Shown: positions 1-13,867 of the stretch, piece by piece
Position numbering within the stretch: position 1 is the first letter of the stretch
Layout: each line of letters starts with the position of its first letter
NCBI GenBank assembly: GCA_964270895.1
Contig: OZ185441.1
Direction: 5' to 3' (one strand)
From: Podarcis filfolensis
Lineage: Eukaryota
DNA: 64,000 nt
Notes under the pieces: generated by a model
The model's database searches: none
What the model was told of the DNA's origin: nothing
What the model saw: only the letters and a program-made list of their open reading frames with translations
Made by a program: the position numbers and the translations under genes

Positions 1-2451
1 CGATGTAAACCATAGTCCAACCATATCTGGAAGGCCGCAAGTTCCCTACCCCTGTACAAGAGATGCTGGTTTTTGGTGGCAGCCCACCACATAGAGTTGC
101 CACAATACTGGAACAGAAACATTTATACAGTGTCCCCATTATAGCCATCTTTCATATTTCAATCTGCTTCACCATTACTTCAACTCTGATATATGAACAG
201 GAACTCTGAAGCACTTCCACTAGAGATTGCAATCTACTACTTACACCAAGTAAATCTTTTCCCCTTTGAGACTTCCTGCCACAAAAAGTTGATATTTTAA
301 AGGTTTTAAACATCTAAAAAGAACATTCACTGATGCCAACGAAGCAGGTGGCCCTTACATCTGACATTCCTAAAACTACTAGTAACATTAGATCAAGTGT
401 GGAAAGTAGCCCCAGGCATACTGCACAGATTTCAAAATATAGTAAATAGCCTACTGCATTGGCTGATTGTCAACACCTTTCCAACCGCAGCAAGAATGGG
501 TTGGTTTTTGACAAAGATCTGATATATATTCCCAAATACTGAGCCCTAAAGTACTTTTATTGCCATCTTTCAACCTGAAATCCTTTCCTTACCTTCGCAC
601 TCTCACAAGATTTAGTACAACTCCTTGAGTAGCTAGTGTGTGGTTAGGGAGAGGAAGCTATGCTTGTTTGCTTGGAATCTGCCATTTCCGCCCCTGCCAA
701 AACACTTGTTTAAAAAGTCATGTAATATCTCTATTAGATTGTAAATGCAATTGACAAGGAAATGGCCTACTGGCAATGCATTACCTTTGTGGCAGTGCCA
801 ACCAGCCTACAGCAAAATAGCATAAGGAATAACTTCAGCATGCATTCCCAAGTAACAAAACAGTGTTTTACATAAATACCACAGAATCTAAGCAAGATCC
901 AGAAAAAGCAATGAAAATTTGCCCGAGCTTTCATGCTTGCCTATATCAATTGAATGTCTTAACGAAAACAAAATAGAAAAGCATCTACATATGTCCAGGA
1001 ATCTTGTGAAGTTGGATCATATAACACTGGGAAAACTATCACAACTGAAATCTGTGTATTTCTTCTCAACCACTGTAACAACTCTCTAATAAAAATTAAG
1101 AAGAACTGTAGGGTATCAAATATACAAAAGAGTATTAACTGCTTACAAGCCCTTAAAAACCAGAACACAAATTATTAACAAGAACATGTGCACCATGTAA
1201 GCCAGAATTGTTATTTTTAAAATGAATTTGCCCTTTTGATTTAATACGACTGATTACAAGCATTACAAATATTCACATTCTGTCAAGTTAAAACACTAAC
1301 CCTTAGTTTAAAAGCAGCTATTATGCTTAGAAAATATTCTCCAATAATTTAAGCTCTTACCTTTCATTACCAAGTGCAACTACAAGCAATTATGTCAAAG
1401 TTATCCCAGATGTAAAGAGGATGATATCATTAAATTTTAAGAAACCATTGTAGTCATCACTAATCATTATGTCTCCAAGAATAAGGGTACATACTTCTTT
1501 AAGATTCAAAAAATCATTAAAAAAATATGTTTCCTTTTCACCCTAAACATAAGACCAAAATAGCTTCATTATATAAGAAAAATCAGCTGCTTCTGTAAGA
1601 TAATTAATAGTTCAAGTTCCAAACTCAGTTCACACACTACAATATACACACCATTACCCTTTAACAAGACACATGAGTGATGGAATATCCTTTTTCACAG
1701 CTGATCCCTTGACAAGCCGGAATGTTCAAGGGTATCACCAAAAAGCCAGAAATACAGATTGCCTATGCATTTTCAGTGCCATCAAAAGTAGCAGCTGCAC
1801 TGCCTTTTTCACATTCCGTGCACACATAAATAATAACAGACAATAAATATAGGTTTACAATTAATTATATCATGCATAGTAGGTCCATAGTTACAGCTTT
1901 GTTTGTTTCCTATTGGAACAAAAGAGGTGACATCGCATAGATATAAGACCCATCACTTAAAAAAAAAAAGCAAAGCATGTAGCCACTAAAATATGAGATA
2001 TGAAAACATTAAACTACTCTCTATTTAATTCTTGTTCTAAACTCAATATGTTTTTGGACTCTAACTCCCCTTATAGCACCATCCAGCATGGTCAATGGCC
2101 AGGAATAAAGGGAGTTCTAATCCAACAACATCTGGAAAGAAACAGGTTCTCCACCCCTGTGCAAAAGTGATTAACTCCTAAAATGCCCAAAACAGCAGAA
2201 TCATTAGATAAGCAAACATCAAAATATCCTTGGTGACAGTAGCTGTCTTTTGGGGGGAAATCAAAGCAGCAGGTGTAATTAAATTTAAGATTTTAAACCA
2301 TGTCATTAACAGCAACAGCTGCCTATTAAACGACATGAAGTAAATGATCACTTTTGGACTATATTAACTGTTGTGTAGCATATTTTAGTGCCTTCTACCA
2401 CTGTAAGATTTACACTTTACTCATAGTAGTTTAGTTTTAAATCTCCAATCA

Positions 2452-2769
<318 letters not shown>

Positions 2770-3019
2770 TCAGTGTATTTTCATCTCTCTCTCCCATTAT
2801 AATATCACATGGAATCTGTGCAACTGAACTTTAACACTTGTGCCTCAAGAAAACTCAGCAATGCGCTTTCTCCTAAAAGGCTTCTTTCCAAGAAAAACAG
2901 CCTTATTTTAGATAGGTACAAAAGAGTCCAATACAATGTTCTGGAGGCCATGTTTGTGCCTTCAATTAAACAATATTTGAAGCCGCAAACACATGCATAG
3001 TTTTTTCACACATTACACA

Positions 3020-3023
<4 letters not shown>

Positions 3024-3057
<34 letters not shown>

Positions 3058-3073
3058 CACACACACACACACA
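3024..3073. repeat. (TG)n-TA-(CA)n compound microsatellite containing a 36-bp perfect palindrome
   Basis: Palindrome 3038-3073 centred on gtgta|tacac. Confidence 0.95.
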
Positions 3074-3654
3074 TATACACACAACCTCTGTGTGTAATTG
3101 CAATATGTGCTTACAGAAAATGTGCATCTAAATACACAAAAATTACAGTCATATGCACCAGGGCATTGGGACTGGCCACAGCTCTCTAAGCAAATACATC
3201 TGCCACCATATAATGTATGAAGCACCCTAAATATCTGATCCCACATTCAACTTCAACAGTCCATAATCCAGTGTATTTTTCAGTACATGGTCTATTTGCA
3301 ACTTGGATAGAGAAAGTATTGTCAGAGTTAGGCCTCCATCTCTAAAGGCAACCATTGTTCACATTACTTTCCCAGCCAAGTGACACATGTGGAACTGGTT
3401 CTGTGAATTGTTCAACGCATGCTCTGAGCATGACAAAAAGTCTGGGCTCAACCCACTGTTCAAAAGCTTTGCAGGACACAGTTTGGACAAGATTCAAAAG
3501 GCACACACAAGAAAAGCTGACTTCAGTAAGCAAAGACTGCCAAACTAACTGCACCTTTGAAATGGGAAAAAGCTCCATCTCTCCCTACAACAGACTGTAG
3601 GAAGTGCAGTGCATATTTATAAAATATGACTCTACCCATACACTTTATACTTAC

Positions 3655-3819
3655 AGTTAACTGTCCAGCCACTCCAAAGTCAGCTAATTTAGCATGCCCT
3701 TCGGTGTTTAAGAGAATGTTTCCAGCCTTTATATCTCTATGTATTTTTCTCATGAAATGCAAATATTCAAGTCCTTTAAGCGTAGATTTAAGAATGGTTG
3801 CAATTTCATCTTCTGTAAG
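3655..3819 (-). CDS. STK3: STK3 exon 5 (165 nt), [55 protein letters not shown]
   Basis: tag|CTT ACA ... TTA ACT|gtaagt. HRD and DFG motifs are intact. Confidence 0.98.
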
Positions 3820-5177
3820 CTATGGAGAAACATAAATAACATTTTCTTCTTCTGTGTGTACACACACTGATTACACACTTACGTAAACAATTTGAAAGAC
3901 TGAGAAACTGTAACACAAAATTATGCAAACTGCCTTATAATTATTATTTATATGGCATGCATAAGGTTATGCAAAATGTTTTACAAATACAGAAAGCAAG
4001 ACCCCCAATCAAGGTCCCACTCCTGCAATCCAATCCACATGGCTTGACCTCCTCGAACATGAATTAGATCCCACAAAAATCAACAAGCATCAAACAGGAG
4101 CAGAGGTCCCACAAAAAAAGACTGTGGACAGAGGACCTAAACAAACAGGACATGAAAAGTGAGTGTAAGAGTTTGTAATGTACTCAAAGCCTGGCTTGTG
4201 TTTTATTTTGTTATAGAGACAATTCTCCCTGTCTTCCCAATTTATCAAAACAGGATTGTATTATAAACTTTTCTGACAATGTGCCCTTTGGGTTGTGTAT
4301 TTACTGACTGCAGTAGAGTTTGAATTGCTGGTTTTGATCTTTAAGGTCCTTCATTGCTTAGGGCTGGGGTACCTGAAGGATCAGCTTTCTCTATACACCT
4401 GCCTAAACTTTAGGATCTACTTAAGGTAGATACTAAGAACCTTGAACACATTCAGCACTAAGCAAGTAATTTTTTATTCCCACCCCAAAAATTTTAATAT
4501 ATTGCTGCTTTAAAATAAGTTTTATATGGCCCGTGTTTTTTTATGCATTTTAATGTGTTTTGTTGATTTATTGTACATAGCTTTAATATTTTTATCTCTG
4601 TTGTAAACTGCCCTGAGAATATGTTTATAGGGCAGCAAAGGAATAGATAAAACAGTGCCAAAATACTACCCCAAATCCATGTGCGTCATTAAAATACAAG
4701 TAACGCCATTTTCATCAGTCTAGAGGGTTGAACTGCTCCATCTCCGATTACAGAATTCATGGCCTAACTATGAGGACCCACATTTTCAGGACATCTTCCT
4801 TCAGCCTTAGGATGCTTCCACCAGAAGTCAGACTGTGAAAATCAAAGTAAATGCTATGTTGCTGGGATTCTGACTAGCACACAGCCTCCAAGACACAGGA
4901 GCACAGGACCGAGCTCACACTGATTCTGGTGGCTGCACTTAGGAAACACTAGTCTGTGAGGACATATCCATGGACAGCTATATAGAAGAAATATGACTGG
5001 AAATGTGAGAAGAGGCTGAGTCCTTCCTAGTCATATGTATGCTGCAAGGCTAGTCTGACTTCCAAGCTCCAATTCCTTGTGATGGATATAATATATGTGC
5101 TTCTAAATATGAAATCATAAACCAGTCAGTCCATCATTTTCTCTCTTTCTTCCCACAACACTCAAGCATGTCTCAAG

Positions 5178-5313
5178 CGGACTCTCCATCCTTATAGGAT
5201 TTCAAACAGACGTTGGGGGGCATCTATCATGGATGCTTTAGTTGGGATTCCTGCATTGCCCGGGGTTGGACTAGATGACCCTCAGGACCCCTTCCAACTC
5301 TATGATTCTATGA
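5178..5313 (+). mobile_element. CR1 LINE 3' end
   Basis: ttggactagatgacc...ccttccaactctatgattctatga: the characteristic CR1 terminal (GATTCTAT) repeat. Confidence 0.85.
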
Positions 5314-6512
5314 AATTCTTGACTAAACTAAAATTGTTGACACTGAGTTTACTTCTACTAGGTATTTTCTAGTGGTTTCATTATTTCCTCCATGGATAAT
5401 TAGCAATAGGAAAGAAAGGAGGACAAACTGATCTTGTATTTTACCATATCAAATAATTTTAAAGAGAATAAAGAAAGGAGAAAAGGCAAAACTATCATTC
5501 TGAACCAGATACAGGTCTGATTTATATATAACAATAAGTCATTGTTTTAAATAAACCATGGTTTAATGGTAGATAGCAGGTCCTGACAGAGGAAGCTACG
5601 CCCGTGGTTTGTTTTTCTCCAAACTGTGACTGGAACTCAAGAACAAGCACTGACATCCAAATGTAATGTGTGTGTGTGTTTTCCAGTGAATTTCACATTT
5701 AAAAACAAAGGTCTAAGAGCCAAACAGCTTATGAACTACAGTCAGAATCTGTTCATTGAAAGTTTATGATCTTTAAACTTTTAAACTATCAGCCTGGCAA
5801 TAAATATAAATATTAATGTTAATAATGAACATCAGCTTATAAATACAACTGAATTTGCACCCTCATCCTAGCAGCCAGCAAAGGGTTTCCTCTCTTGCCA
5901 GTCTGCCCCTTCCATGACCCTCCTGAGTCAGGATCACAACCACTGACTGAGCATCAGCTTCTCAGACTCAAATTCCTACTTTATGCATCCCAGTTCATGT
6001 TCCTACCAGCCCACAAATATGGTTTTTTACTTTAATGTCCTCTACAGCTTGAACACCACATAAAAGAGAGAGAATATCTTCTTCCTTATAAACAGCCATG
6101 AAGATTGGTTGATGCAGGGCTGCTTCATATTCCAGCAACCCAAGAGACTCAGCCTTACTCCTCTGACATGTTGGTATATACTAGTATACTAGTAATATGA
6201 TTTGCCAAGGTTAAGTCTGTGGTTCTCTGAAAAAACAGTGGATAAGTCATATTTCCCTTTCATAAAATTCTTACATTTTTATTAGACATGGTCTGAAAAG
6301 ATTATTAGACTCTGTCATGGCATGTTATTGTACTTTAAACAGCAGCAGGAGAATCACTATCACTAACAACTAATATAAAAGTAAACAGGGAAAGTATGGG
6401 GGCCTTATGAACATCCTCCTCAAGTAAATAAATCTTTGTTGGGAACACTTTTTTATGCATGCAAACAACTGCAAAAGTAACAATATTTTATAAAAAATAA
6501 TTAAACACTTAC

Positions 6513-6627
6513 CGTTTTATTACGTAATCTAATTATGTCCGAGACGGAACCAGCTCCACAGTACTCCATAACAATCCACAGGTCTGTGTTCTTAAAATAG
6601 CTGCCATAGTACTTGACAACATAAGGG
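6513..6627 (-). CDS. STK3: STK3 exon 4 (115 nt), (S)PYVVKYYGSYFKNTDLWIVMEYCGAGSVSDIIRLRNKT
   Basis: cag|C CCT TAT ... AAA ACG|gtaagt. Kinase hinge region. Confidence 0.98.
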
Positions 6628-6830
6628 CTGAACACAAAAACATGGGTTATCAACATACAGATGTGAACCGTCAAGAATATTAAGAAGCAGTAGTGTCCAC
6701 GATAAATTTTGCTAGAATCAGAGCTTGGTATCATTTTTCCAAGCAGCTGCCTGAGTTTTATGATAGGATTTAGAAAACAGAACTAAAGATGTTGGTGCAC
6801 GTGCTAATAATTAAGAGTGCAAAATAGATA

Positions 6831-7165
6831 GGTAAAGGTAAAGGGACCCCTGACCATTAGGTCCAGTCGTGGCCGACTCTGGGGTTGCGGTGCTCATCTC
6901 GCTTTATTGGCCGAGGGAGCCAGTGTACAGCTTCCGGGGCATGTGGCCACCATGACTAAGCGGCTTCTGGCGAACCAGAGCAGCGCACGGAAACGCCGTT
7001 TACCTTCCCATCGGAGCAGTACCTATTTATCTACTTGCACTTTGACATGCTTTCGAACTGCTAGGTTGGCAGGAGCTGGGACCATCGCGGGGATTCGAAC
7101 CGCCGACCTTCTGATCGGCAAGTCCTAGGCTCTGTGGTTTAGACCACAGCGCCACCTGCGTCCTT
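6831..7165 (-). mobile_element. Sauria SINE (tRNA-related head, Bov-B-related tail), near full length
   Basis: Minus strand: head with A box TGGCGCTGTGG and perfect B box GGTTCGAATCC (7091-7101), and (ACCTTT)n tail. 13-bp TSD tgcaaaatagata at 6818-6830 and 7166-7178. About 20 bp missing relative to the copy at 15 kb. Confidence 0.92.
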
Positions 7166-7425
7166 TGCAAAATAGATAACCGCTCGCCATTTTTGTATAT
7201 GAATAAAAAAGTCACACACTCAGGCCTCCTAGGCCTCTCTATAAGCATTTCTCGAGGCCTCAGGATTTTCTCCAGAGGCCACACACCTCACAAGCCTCCT
7301 TCAGTGTTTCTGCCTGGCCAGAATGAATCCTTGAATTCTGATAAAGTTGCCTACTTGCCTGCCTGCCTGCCTAGATGACGAACAGAGAGGGTCATGTGAC
7401 TGTAGAAACTAGCCTATGGTAGAAG

Positions 7426-7592
7426 CAGTGCTTTTTTTTCTTTAAAAATGTTTAGGGGTACTCTCATTTTGACTCAAGAAAATCACCATTTTATAGTTCA
7501 AATCAGGAAAAATAAATACTGGACAAAGGACAAAGATTCAATAAATGTTTAGGGGTATGCGTACACCTGCTTACCCCCCAAAAAAAGCACTG
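7426..7592. mobile_element. hAT MITE with perfect 8-bp TSD
   Basis: ggtagaag|cagtgctttttttt ... aaaaaaagcactg|ggtagaag. Confidence 0.88.
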
Positions 7593-8297
7593 GGTAGAAG
7601 GTACAAATCATATTCATTGCTCTACCCACTTTTTCCCCCAGCTCCATTCTCCAAGGCCCCCAGAAGGGAATGTGGCCCTCAAGCTGAAAAATGTTCCCCA
7701 CCCATGTCACATACCAAACTAGAAGAAAAAGAATCCTAATTCTGGTTTCCCCAGCAGATCCCAGAAAAATCTGTTCTGGTTGGTCCCCCTACCTTTCATA
7801 ACAAACTTTCAGGGACAATGAAGGCTACAAGGGGAGGGGGAAATTAGCAAAAATCACCTCCCAAGCCTCTTCCATCAATGGACACCTTCACTGGATCAAA
7901 AGCCCTTGAGCTCACAAAACACCAATGGTTAGATACAAGCCAATATGTTCCTGCCCCCAATCTACATCTTACTGCTCATGCTTGCCAGCCAAACTGTTGG
8001 TTAAAAGCATGAGCATGGATAATGGCAACCATTTGCTTGGCGCTACATATTCATTCCCAGGGGAACTTCATATGTAACCCCTCTTTTTTATTCATACTCC
8101 CAAGCAGCAAGCGAGCCACTTACAGACACCTGCTTCTGCACTATATTAAATGTCACCTGATTAAGGTAACTGTATCTAAAAAGCCCCATAAAATATGTAT
8201 TTGAACATACAAGACAGTATTACAATCTATTCATAAGGAAATTATCTCCATTAATTAGGAATTTTAAATACATAGTGCCACCACGCTGCATTAGTCT

Positions 8298-8341
8298 CTT
8301 TGCTTAAGAGAGTTTAAGACTTTGCTTAAGAGAGTTTAAGA
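8298..8341. repeat. Perfect 22-bp tandem duplication
   Basis: (ctttgcttaagagagtttaaga)x2. Confidence 0.95.
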
Positions 8342-9407
8342 CTTCCTTTTCTCCCTAGGTCAAGGAGCTCTCGTTGCCTCTAGATTTTAGTGCTTAACTT
8401 TTATCTCTCACCACTACTGAGTTAAGCACAACTACTACTACTGACATATCAGTGTCAACAGGACATCTCCATCCAAATCCAACCCGGAGATCTACCAAAC
8501 TCTGAATAAATACATCATAAAATCCCATTTCATCCTTATCAGCGATATATGACAGACTTTAAACCTTGCCCCTTACAATTGTGCTATTCCTAGGATACAA
8601 TATTTTGGGACAATCTCCATAACAAATTCTGAAGACCTTACACTAAAGATTAACAAACTGCAATAAAAACAAATGATAAAAGCCTGCCGAAGTATATATG
8701 ATATTTAAATATTTAGAGCTGAGCAACATTCTTGCAATCTTCTAATTCAGGTCAGTTAGTCTTACTTTAACTACTGTGTGTTTTGGGGCATTTGCATTTG
8801 TCCATAAAGATCTTCACTGATAAAAAAGCAAGCCTCTAAAGAAAGAGAGGTATTCTCCACACAAATATTTTACAAGGGAGTGATTCACAAATATTTTACT
8901 AAGGGCACACCCTTATCTACCTATCACTGCCAACCTTCTGCATGGATGGAAACCCCACTTAATCCCTCTTACTGCCTCATCTGAAGAACCAAGGCTCTCA
9001 TCACCAGTGAATAACTGCAGTATAGTTTAAAGGAGTTCCAGCATCTTGATGCTTGGCTCCTCTGCCTTGCCCTTGCTAGCTAAATAGAATCCTCAAAGCA
9101 GCTGAAGAAAAATTCAAACACAGAAGCCTACACCAAGATACGACCTGCTCTCAATCCATGAGATAGGGCAGACTGTAAACATTTATTTGAAGGAGGATAT
9201 CCTCTTTGCTCAAACTACTCCAGACATATTTCCAGCTTCTTAGTCCAAGGAAATCTATTCAATGCCATCTCAAAAACAGAAACACCCATGCACTAAGGAA
9301 GACCACAAATGAGGCGTAGTGGACCCCACTATATCATTGATGAATGGAAAGGGAGATTGGGATTTTTTGTTGACCACCCTACATGCAAGTTTCCTAGACA
9401 GCATTTA

Positions 9408-9848
9408 CCGTATTTTTCACCCTACAGGACGCACTTTTTCCCCTCCAAAAATGAAGGGGAAATCTGTGTGCGTCCTATGGGGCGAATACAGGCTTTCGCA
9501 GGGCTCTCCACACTGTGGATAGCAGCCTGCCGCCCAGCGCGCGGGGCGCCCTGAAGCTATCAGCAAGCCTGGGGAGCCCGCAGGAGTTCCCGCAGGGCTC
9601 CCTAGGCTGCGGATAGCAGCCTGCTGCACGGAGCGCGGGGCGCACTGAAGCAGAGCGCCCCGCGCTTCGGGCAGACATCAGCCAGCCCCACAAGCTCGAG
9701 GGACAGCGGGGAGGCGCAGCACCGCCATCCCGCTGTTCCCCGACCTGGTTTTGGGGTGGAAATAAAGGGGGGAAATTTCCTTTATTTCCCCCCCAAAAAA
9801 CTAGGTGCGTCCTATGGGACGGAGCGTCCTATGGGACGAAAAATACAG
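9408..9848. mobile_element. Tc1/mariner superfamily non-autonomous element with CCGTATTTTT TIRs (Tc2-like)
   Basis: ta|ccgtatttttcaccctacaggacgca ... gcgtcctatgggacgaaaaatacag|ta. GC-rich interior with a ~94-bp degenerate duplication. Confidence 0.8.
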
Positions 9849-10516
9849 TATGTATTCATACATCACCATATTTCATTCATCTTCAATGAAACCTTTCTTT
9901 AAATAAAAACAAATTGGTCCACTATTCGTTTCATTCCAATATTTACCTTGCATCTAACCTGAACTGTAACTACCTGGTGTCAATTCTGAGATGAACTGTG
10001 GAATTCATTGCTTTTGTATATTAGACAGGGGTCCTCTGTGTTCAGCCTTAGAAGTCAGCTTAAAACAATTTTGTATACACAGTACTACCCTACCATGCAA
10101 CCTTGTTCTATGTTCTTTTGATCTTTGCACTTTTGTGCGTATAGCATTTGAGAATATTTTTCCTTCATTCAGCAGTAATTTATGCATAAATAAATAACGA
10201 ACATGAAACATGATCAAGCTTTGTCAGGGCACCAGAGTCAGCACCAAGGCATAAAAATACTTCAAAGAAAGAAGAAAGGATGCACCAGTCCTCTTCCACT
10301 CACCCAACTGCATTAGCCAGTAGGTAGGAAAGGCGTGTAGCAAGATTAAAAACCCAATAAAACATCCACATTTCTCATAACTGAACTGTGAAGACTTTAA
10401 AGGAGACTTTGAACTTCAGCTTGAAATTCTCAGCAGATTCAAACTTACACTATCAAATACTTTAGGCACTAAAAAAAAAGACAGAAGAGCTCTCACAATA
10501 AGTATGTACTTCATAC

Positions 10517-10645
10517 CTGTCACATTGTTGCATTATAGAAATTTCCTTAATAATTTCCTGCAGATCCGATTCAACAGGGACTTGCTTAATTGCCACTACT
10601 TGACCAGATTCTTTATGAATGGCTTTAAATACACTCCCATAAGAC
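10517..10645 (-). CDS. STK3: STK3 exon 3 (129 nt), (G)SYGSVFKAIHKESGQVVAIKQVPVESDLQEIIKEISIMQQCD(S)
   Basis: tag|G TCT TAT ... GAC AG|gtatga. Contains the VAIK catalytic lysine. HKESGQVV is the STK3-type rather than STK4-type sequence. Confidence 0.98.
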
Positions 10646-11179
10646 CTAGAAAAGAAAACAGTTTCCAACTAATTTAAGCTCTGAATAATAAAATTGCAGT
10701 TCATTCAAACCAACCTATAAATAGTTAATGCAAAAGCCACATTTGTTCATTGTAGAGGCTTCATTTTCACATGCCTCTAAAACAGGATGCCCTGGCTTTA
10801 AATGTTTGTTTGTTTGTTTGTTTGTTTTCTTTACTGTCTTTTATCTAAGGATCACAGAGTGGCTTACAATATAAAAACATAAAAATGCTCAGCATAGTAA
10901 CAAACAAAAGCAATAACCCCCCCCACACACACACACACACAGTTTAAGAGACCATAGATTGTTTAATTAGCCAAAGGCCTGGGAGAAGAGCCTCCATAGG
11001 GAGAGGACTCCACAAATGGAGAGCAACCACAGAATTGTGCAATAGAAGTAATGAATATAAAGATCTCAATAGTATTCCCTGATTTTAGGAAGTACATCGT
11101 TTTCTTAGATGGAACCGACACCCACATAGCAAATTGCTGCCAGTGAAACAGGCCTCAGTCAATGCTCTTTTTAGTAGAG

Positions 11180-11315
11180 CAGGCTTCCTCAAACTTGGCC
11201 CTCCAGCTGTTTTGGGACTACAACTCCCATCATCCCTACCTAACACGACCAGTGGTCAGGGATGATGGGAACTGTAGTGCCAAAACATCTGGAGGGCAGA
11301 GTTTGCCTATACCTG
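11180..11315. mobile_element. hAT MITE (136 bp hairpin type)
   Basis: tagtagag|cagg...aaacttggccctccag ... ctggagggcagagttt...cctg|cagtagag: 8-bp TSD with 1 mismatch. Confidence 0.85.
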
Positions 11316-11834
11316 CAGTAGAGTGTGAGCATTAACATATTCCCTTGCTCTGTGAGAAATGCTAGTTAACCTGCAATAGGTCTTGTTGATGTTTCAAAGA
11401 GAAAGGAGGATAGGGAGGTCGCATAGTGACAGCTTCAGCTATGACAGCAACAGAAGTTGACTTAAGGGGCAAAACACCTGTTTAGTAGCATGCAAAGGAA
11501 AAGAGTTGCGGAGGAAGAAGAAATGCAATCTGGAACTTAAGCATGGCTAACAGGAGAAAAAATAACTAGCCCCTTCTCCACTCAAAATCAACAAATCGTG
11601 TTTTCATTTTATTTTTTATTTTTAAATCCCTATCAGAGCATTGTTACACTCACATGGGTAATACGGAGCTTTCCCACAGCTCCAAAATATTTCTTGGCTG
11701 TGGGCACTAGTCCAAATAAAGAAGCTTTTCCAGCTCTAGGTCAGTTGTACTATTCTTGTCTGTGTTTGTGCGATGTTTTGTTTAGAGTCTTCCCAACCAT
11801 CCCACCTCTCTGCAGCACATAAAGTAATACATAC

Positions 11835-11915
11835 CCTTCACCGAGCTTCTCCAATACATCAAATACTTCTTCAGGCTGTTTAGTCAAGCTGTCTTCGCTT
11901 AGCTTTTTCAGTTTG
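11835..11915 (-). CDS. STK3: STK3 exon 2 (81 nt), (S)KLKKLSEDSLTKQPEEVFDVLEKLGE(G)
   Basis: tag|C AAA CTG ... GAA GG|gtatgt. Translation matches the MST1/2 N-terminus and the start of the Gly-rich loop. Too short to appear in the ORF track. Confidence 0.97.
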
Positions 11916-12290
11916 CTATCAAAAATATTTTAAATAAACAAAAATTAGTGATTTGCTATTTCTTATTGTAGATTCATTGGGTCGTATTCAACAAAGCACT
12001 GTGCAAATGTGCAAGGATTTTTCCTTGCGCAACAGAACATTTTCTCCTTCTCCTCCTCTGCATACCCCCTAGATCCATGGTTCCCAACGGTGGGGCACAC
12101 AGGAATGTGTGGTTGGGTTGGGGGAGTGTATAGGCTAGTGAAATGTTGGAACTTGCTTGCAATGCTGTTTAATGATTAGATTCCTCCTGTTTAATTCTTA
12201 TCAGCACACCAGTGCATGCCAGCCTCATGAGATTTTCATGTATGACATGTGCCCCTGCTGATGACTAGACAACAGTTAAGAACCACAATA

Positions 12291-12550
12291 CAGTCATACC
12301 TCATGTTACGTCCGCTTCCTGTTAGGTTCTTTCAGGATACGTCCCGCAGTGACCCAGAAGTACCAGAAAGGGTTACTTCTGGGTTTCGCCGCTCGCACAT
12401 GCGCAGATACGCAAAATGACATCACGCACATGCGCAGAAGGGGTGAATCATAACCCGCGCATGCGCAGACGCGCCGCTCCGGATTGCGTTCTGCTCATGT
12501 TGCGAACGGGCCTCCAGAACGGATCCCGTTCACAAACAGAGGTACCACTG
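12291..12550. mobile_element. Tc1/mariner-type MITE (CpG-rich subtype)
   Basis: ta|cagtcatacctc ... gaggtaccactg|ta: TA TSD and TIRs. Confidence 0.85.
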
Positions 12551-13867
12551 TATCCCCTACAGAAAGGCATTATACTGAGTCTGTCTAACCTCATACCCAG
12601 AAGTTCTAGAACCTCCTCTGCTCTTCAATTCTTACAAAAGATTCATGTTCTGGACACGCAGGACAGAACAGTTCAATCTCAATATTTTCTCCAGCCCTGT
12701 TCTGTGAGTATCTTAACGTTATACTTCCAGTCCCAGAAAAGGTGAGAGCCTATTTTGTAAATGATTAAACTGAACACTTGAAGCAGCTGCCAGATGAGTC
12801 TTAGTTGCCACCAGAAATTCAAATTCAAATGTTTGGAGTGGGGAGACCCTCCCAGTCGAAGATGAGGAAATTGTAGTCTGCTTTCGTGCTTCATAAGAGC
12901 GGGGGGGGGGGGGAGATGACAACTAAAAAACTAGTACAATAATAGTACAGAGCTACAGAGTTGCACCACAACTTTGTTTACTGATGACCAGAAACTAGCT
13001 AGCTCTAAACGTGTACACCCAGTTAATCTTTTATGTTGGTTTTAAAATGAGAACTAGGATTTTCACGTGTTAAGGAGTTGAATGAGGGCCAAACATGGAA
13101 AGGAACTGTACAGTAGGGGTCTTGGTTTGAGGAGGCAGCAGCGGAGGAAGAAACATCTGTCCAATGAAAAAGCAAAGACAGAACAGTCATCCCATTGGTA
13201 TCATTTCCCTTTCATGTACATGCATCACTAAGCCACCAATGCAGATATTTGCCTTCTGTATTGCAAGTTCCCTCATGAAATCAGGAAGCTAAGTTGATCA
13301 AAAACGAAGCTAATTGAAGAAATCAACCAATGAAAATTTTGCCTGAAATCCCCTTGCAAGTTGTATAAGATGTATGAACATTCAGAAAAAGTACAAAGAG
13401 CTGAGATGCTTCTTCTATAATACTAGCCAGTCCTGCCCACATAACAATGCAATCTTATCACAACATGGTGCTTTGATTTTAAAAAAGGAAAAGGATGGCA
13501 GATTATTGCCAGTGTGTTACCATTCCAAGCTGGCTACCAGCCAACCAAGCTGCAATTGTCTCTTGATGCTCAAGGATTTCTACCCTAATATATGGCAATG
13601 TTTGTTTTCCCAGGCTGCAATAGTGTATGCTCTACTACTAAGTCCATGGAACAGCAACAGAACATTTTATCCAACTACTCACAGTTTTTGCATCCAAACC
13701 TTTAAATTTAACATTTACTTTGCCGTTTTATTTAAGGAACACTATTTCCATTCATTCACATGTGTGATATGCAGTAATGGACAAAAAAAATTAAAATAAT
13801 TCATGAGAGCCTGTGTGGTCTAGTGGACATCAGATCAGGGCCACTTCACGATTAAGTTGGTGATAAA

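Noticed and set aside
7075-7165. tRNA-like A/B boxes here and at 26354, 17065 and 32530
   Set aside because: These are SINE heads continuing into SINE bodies, with no complete cloverleaf.
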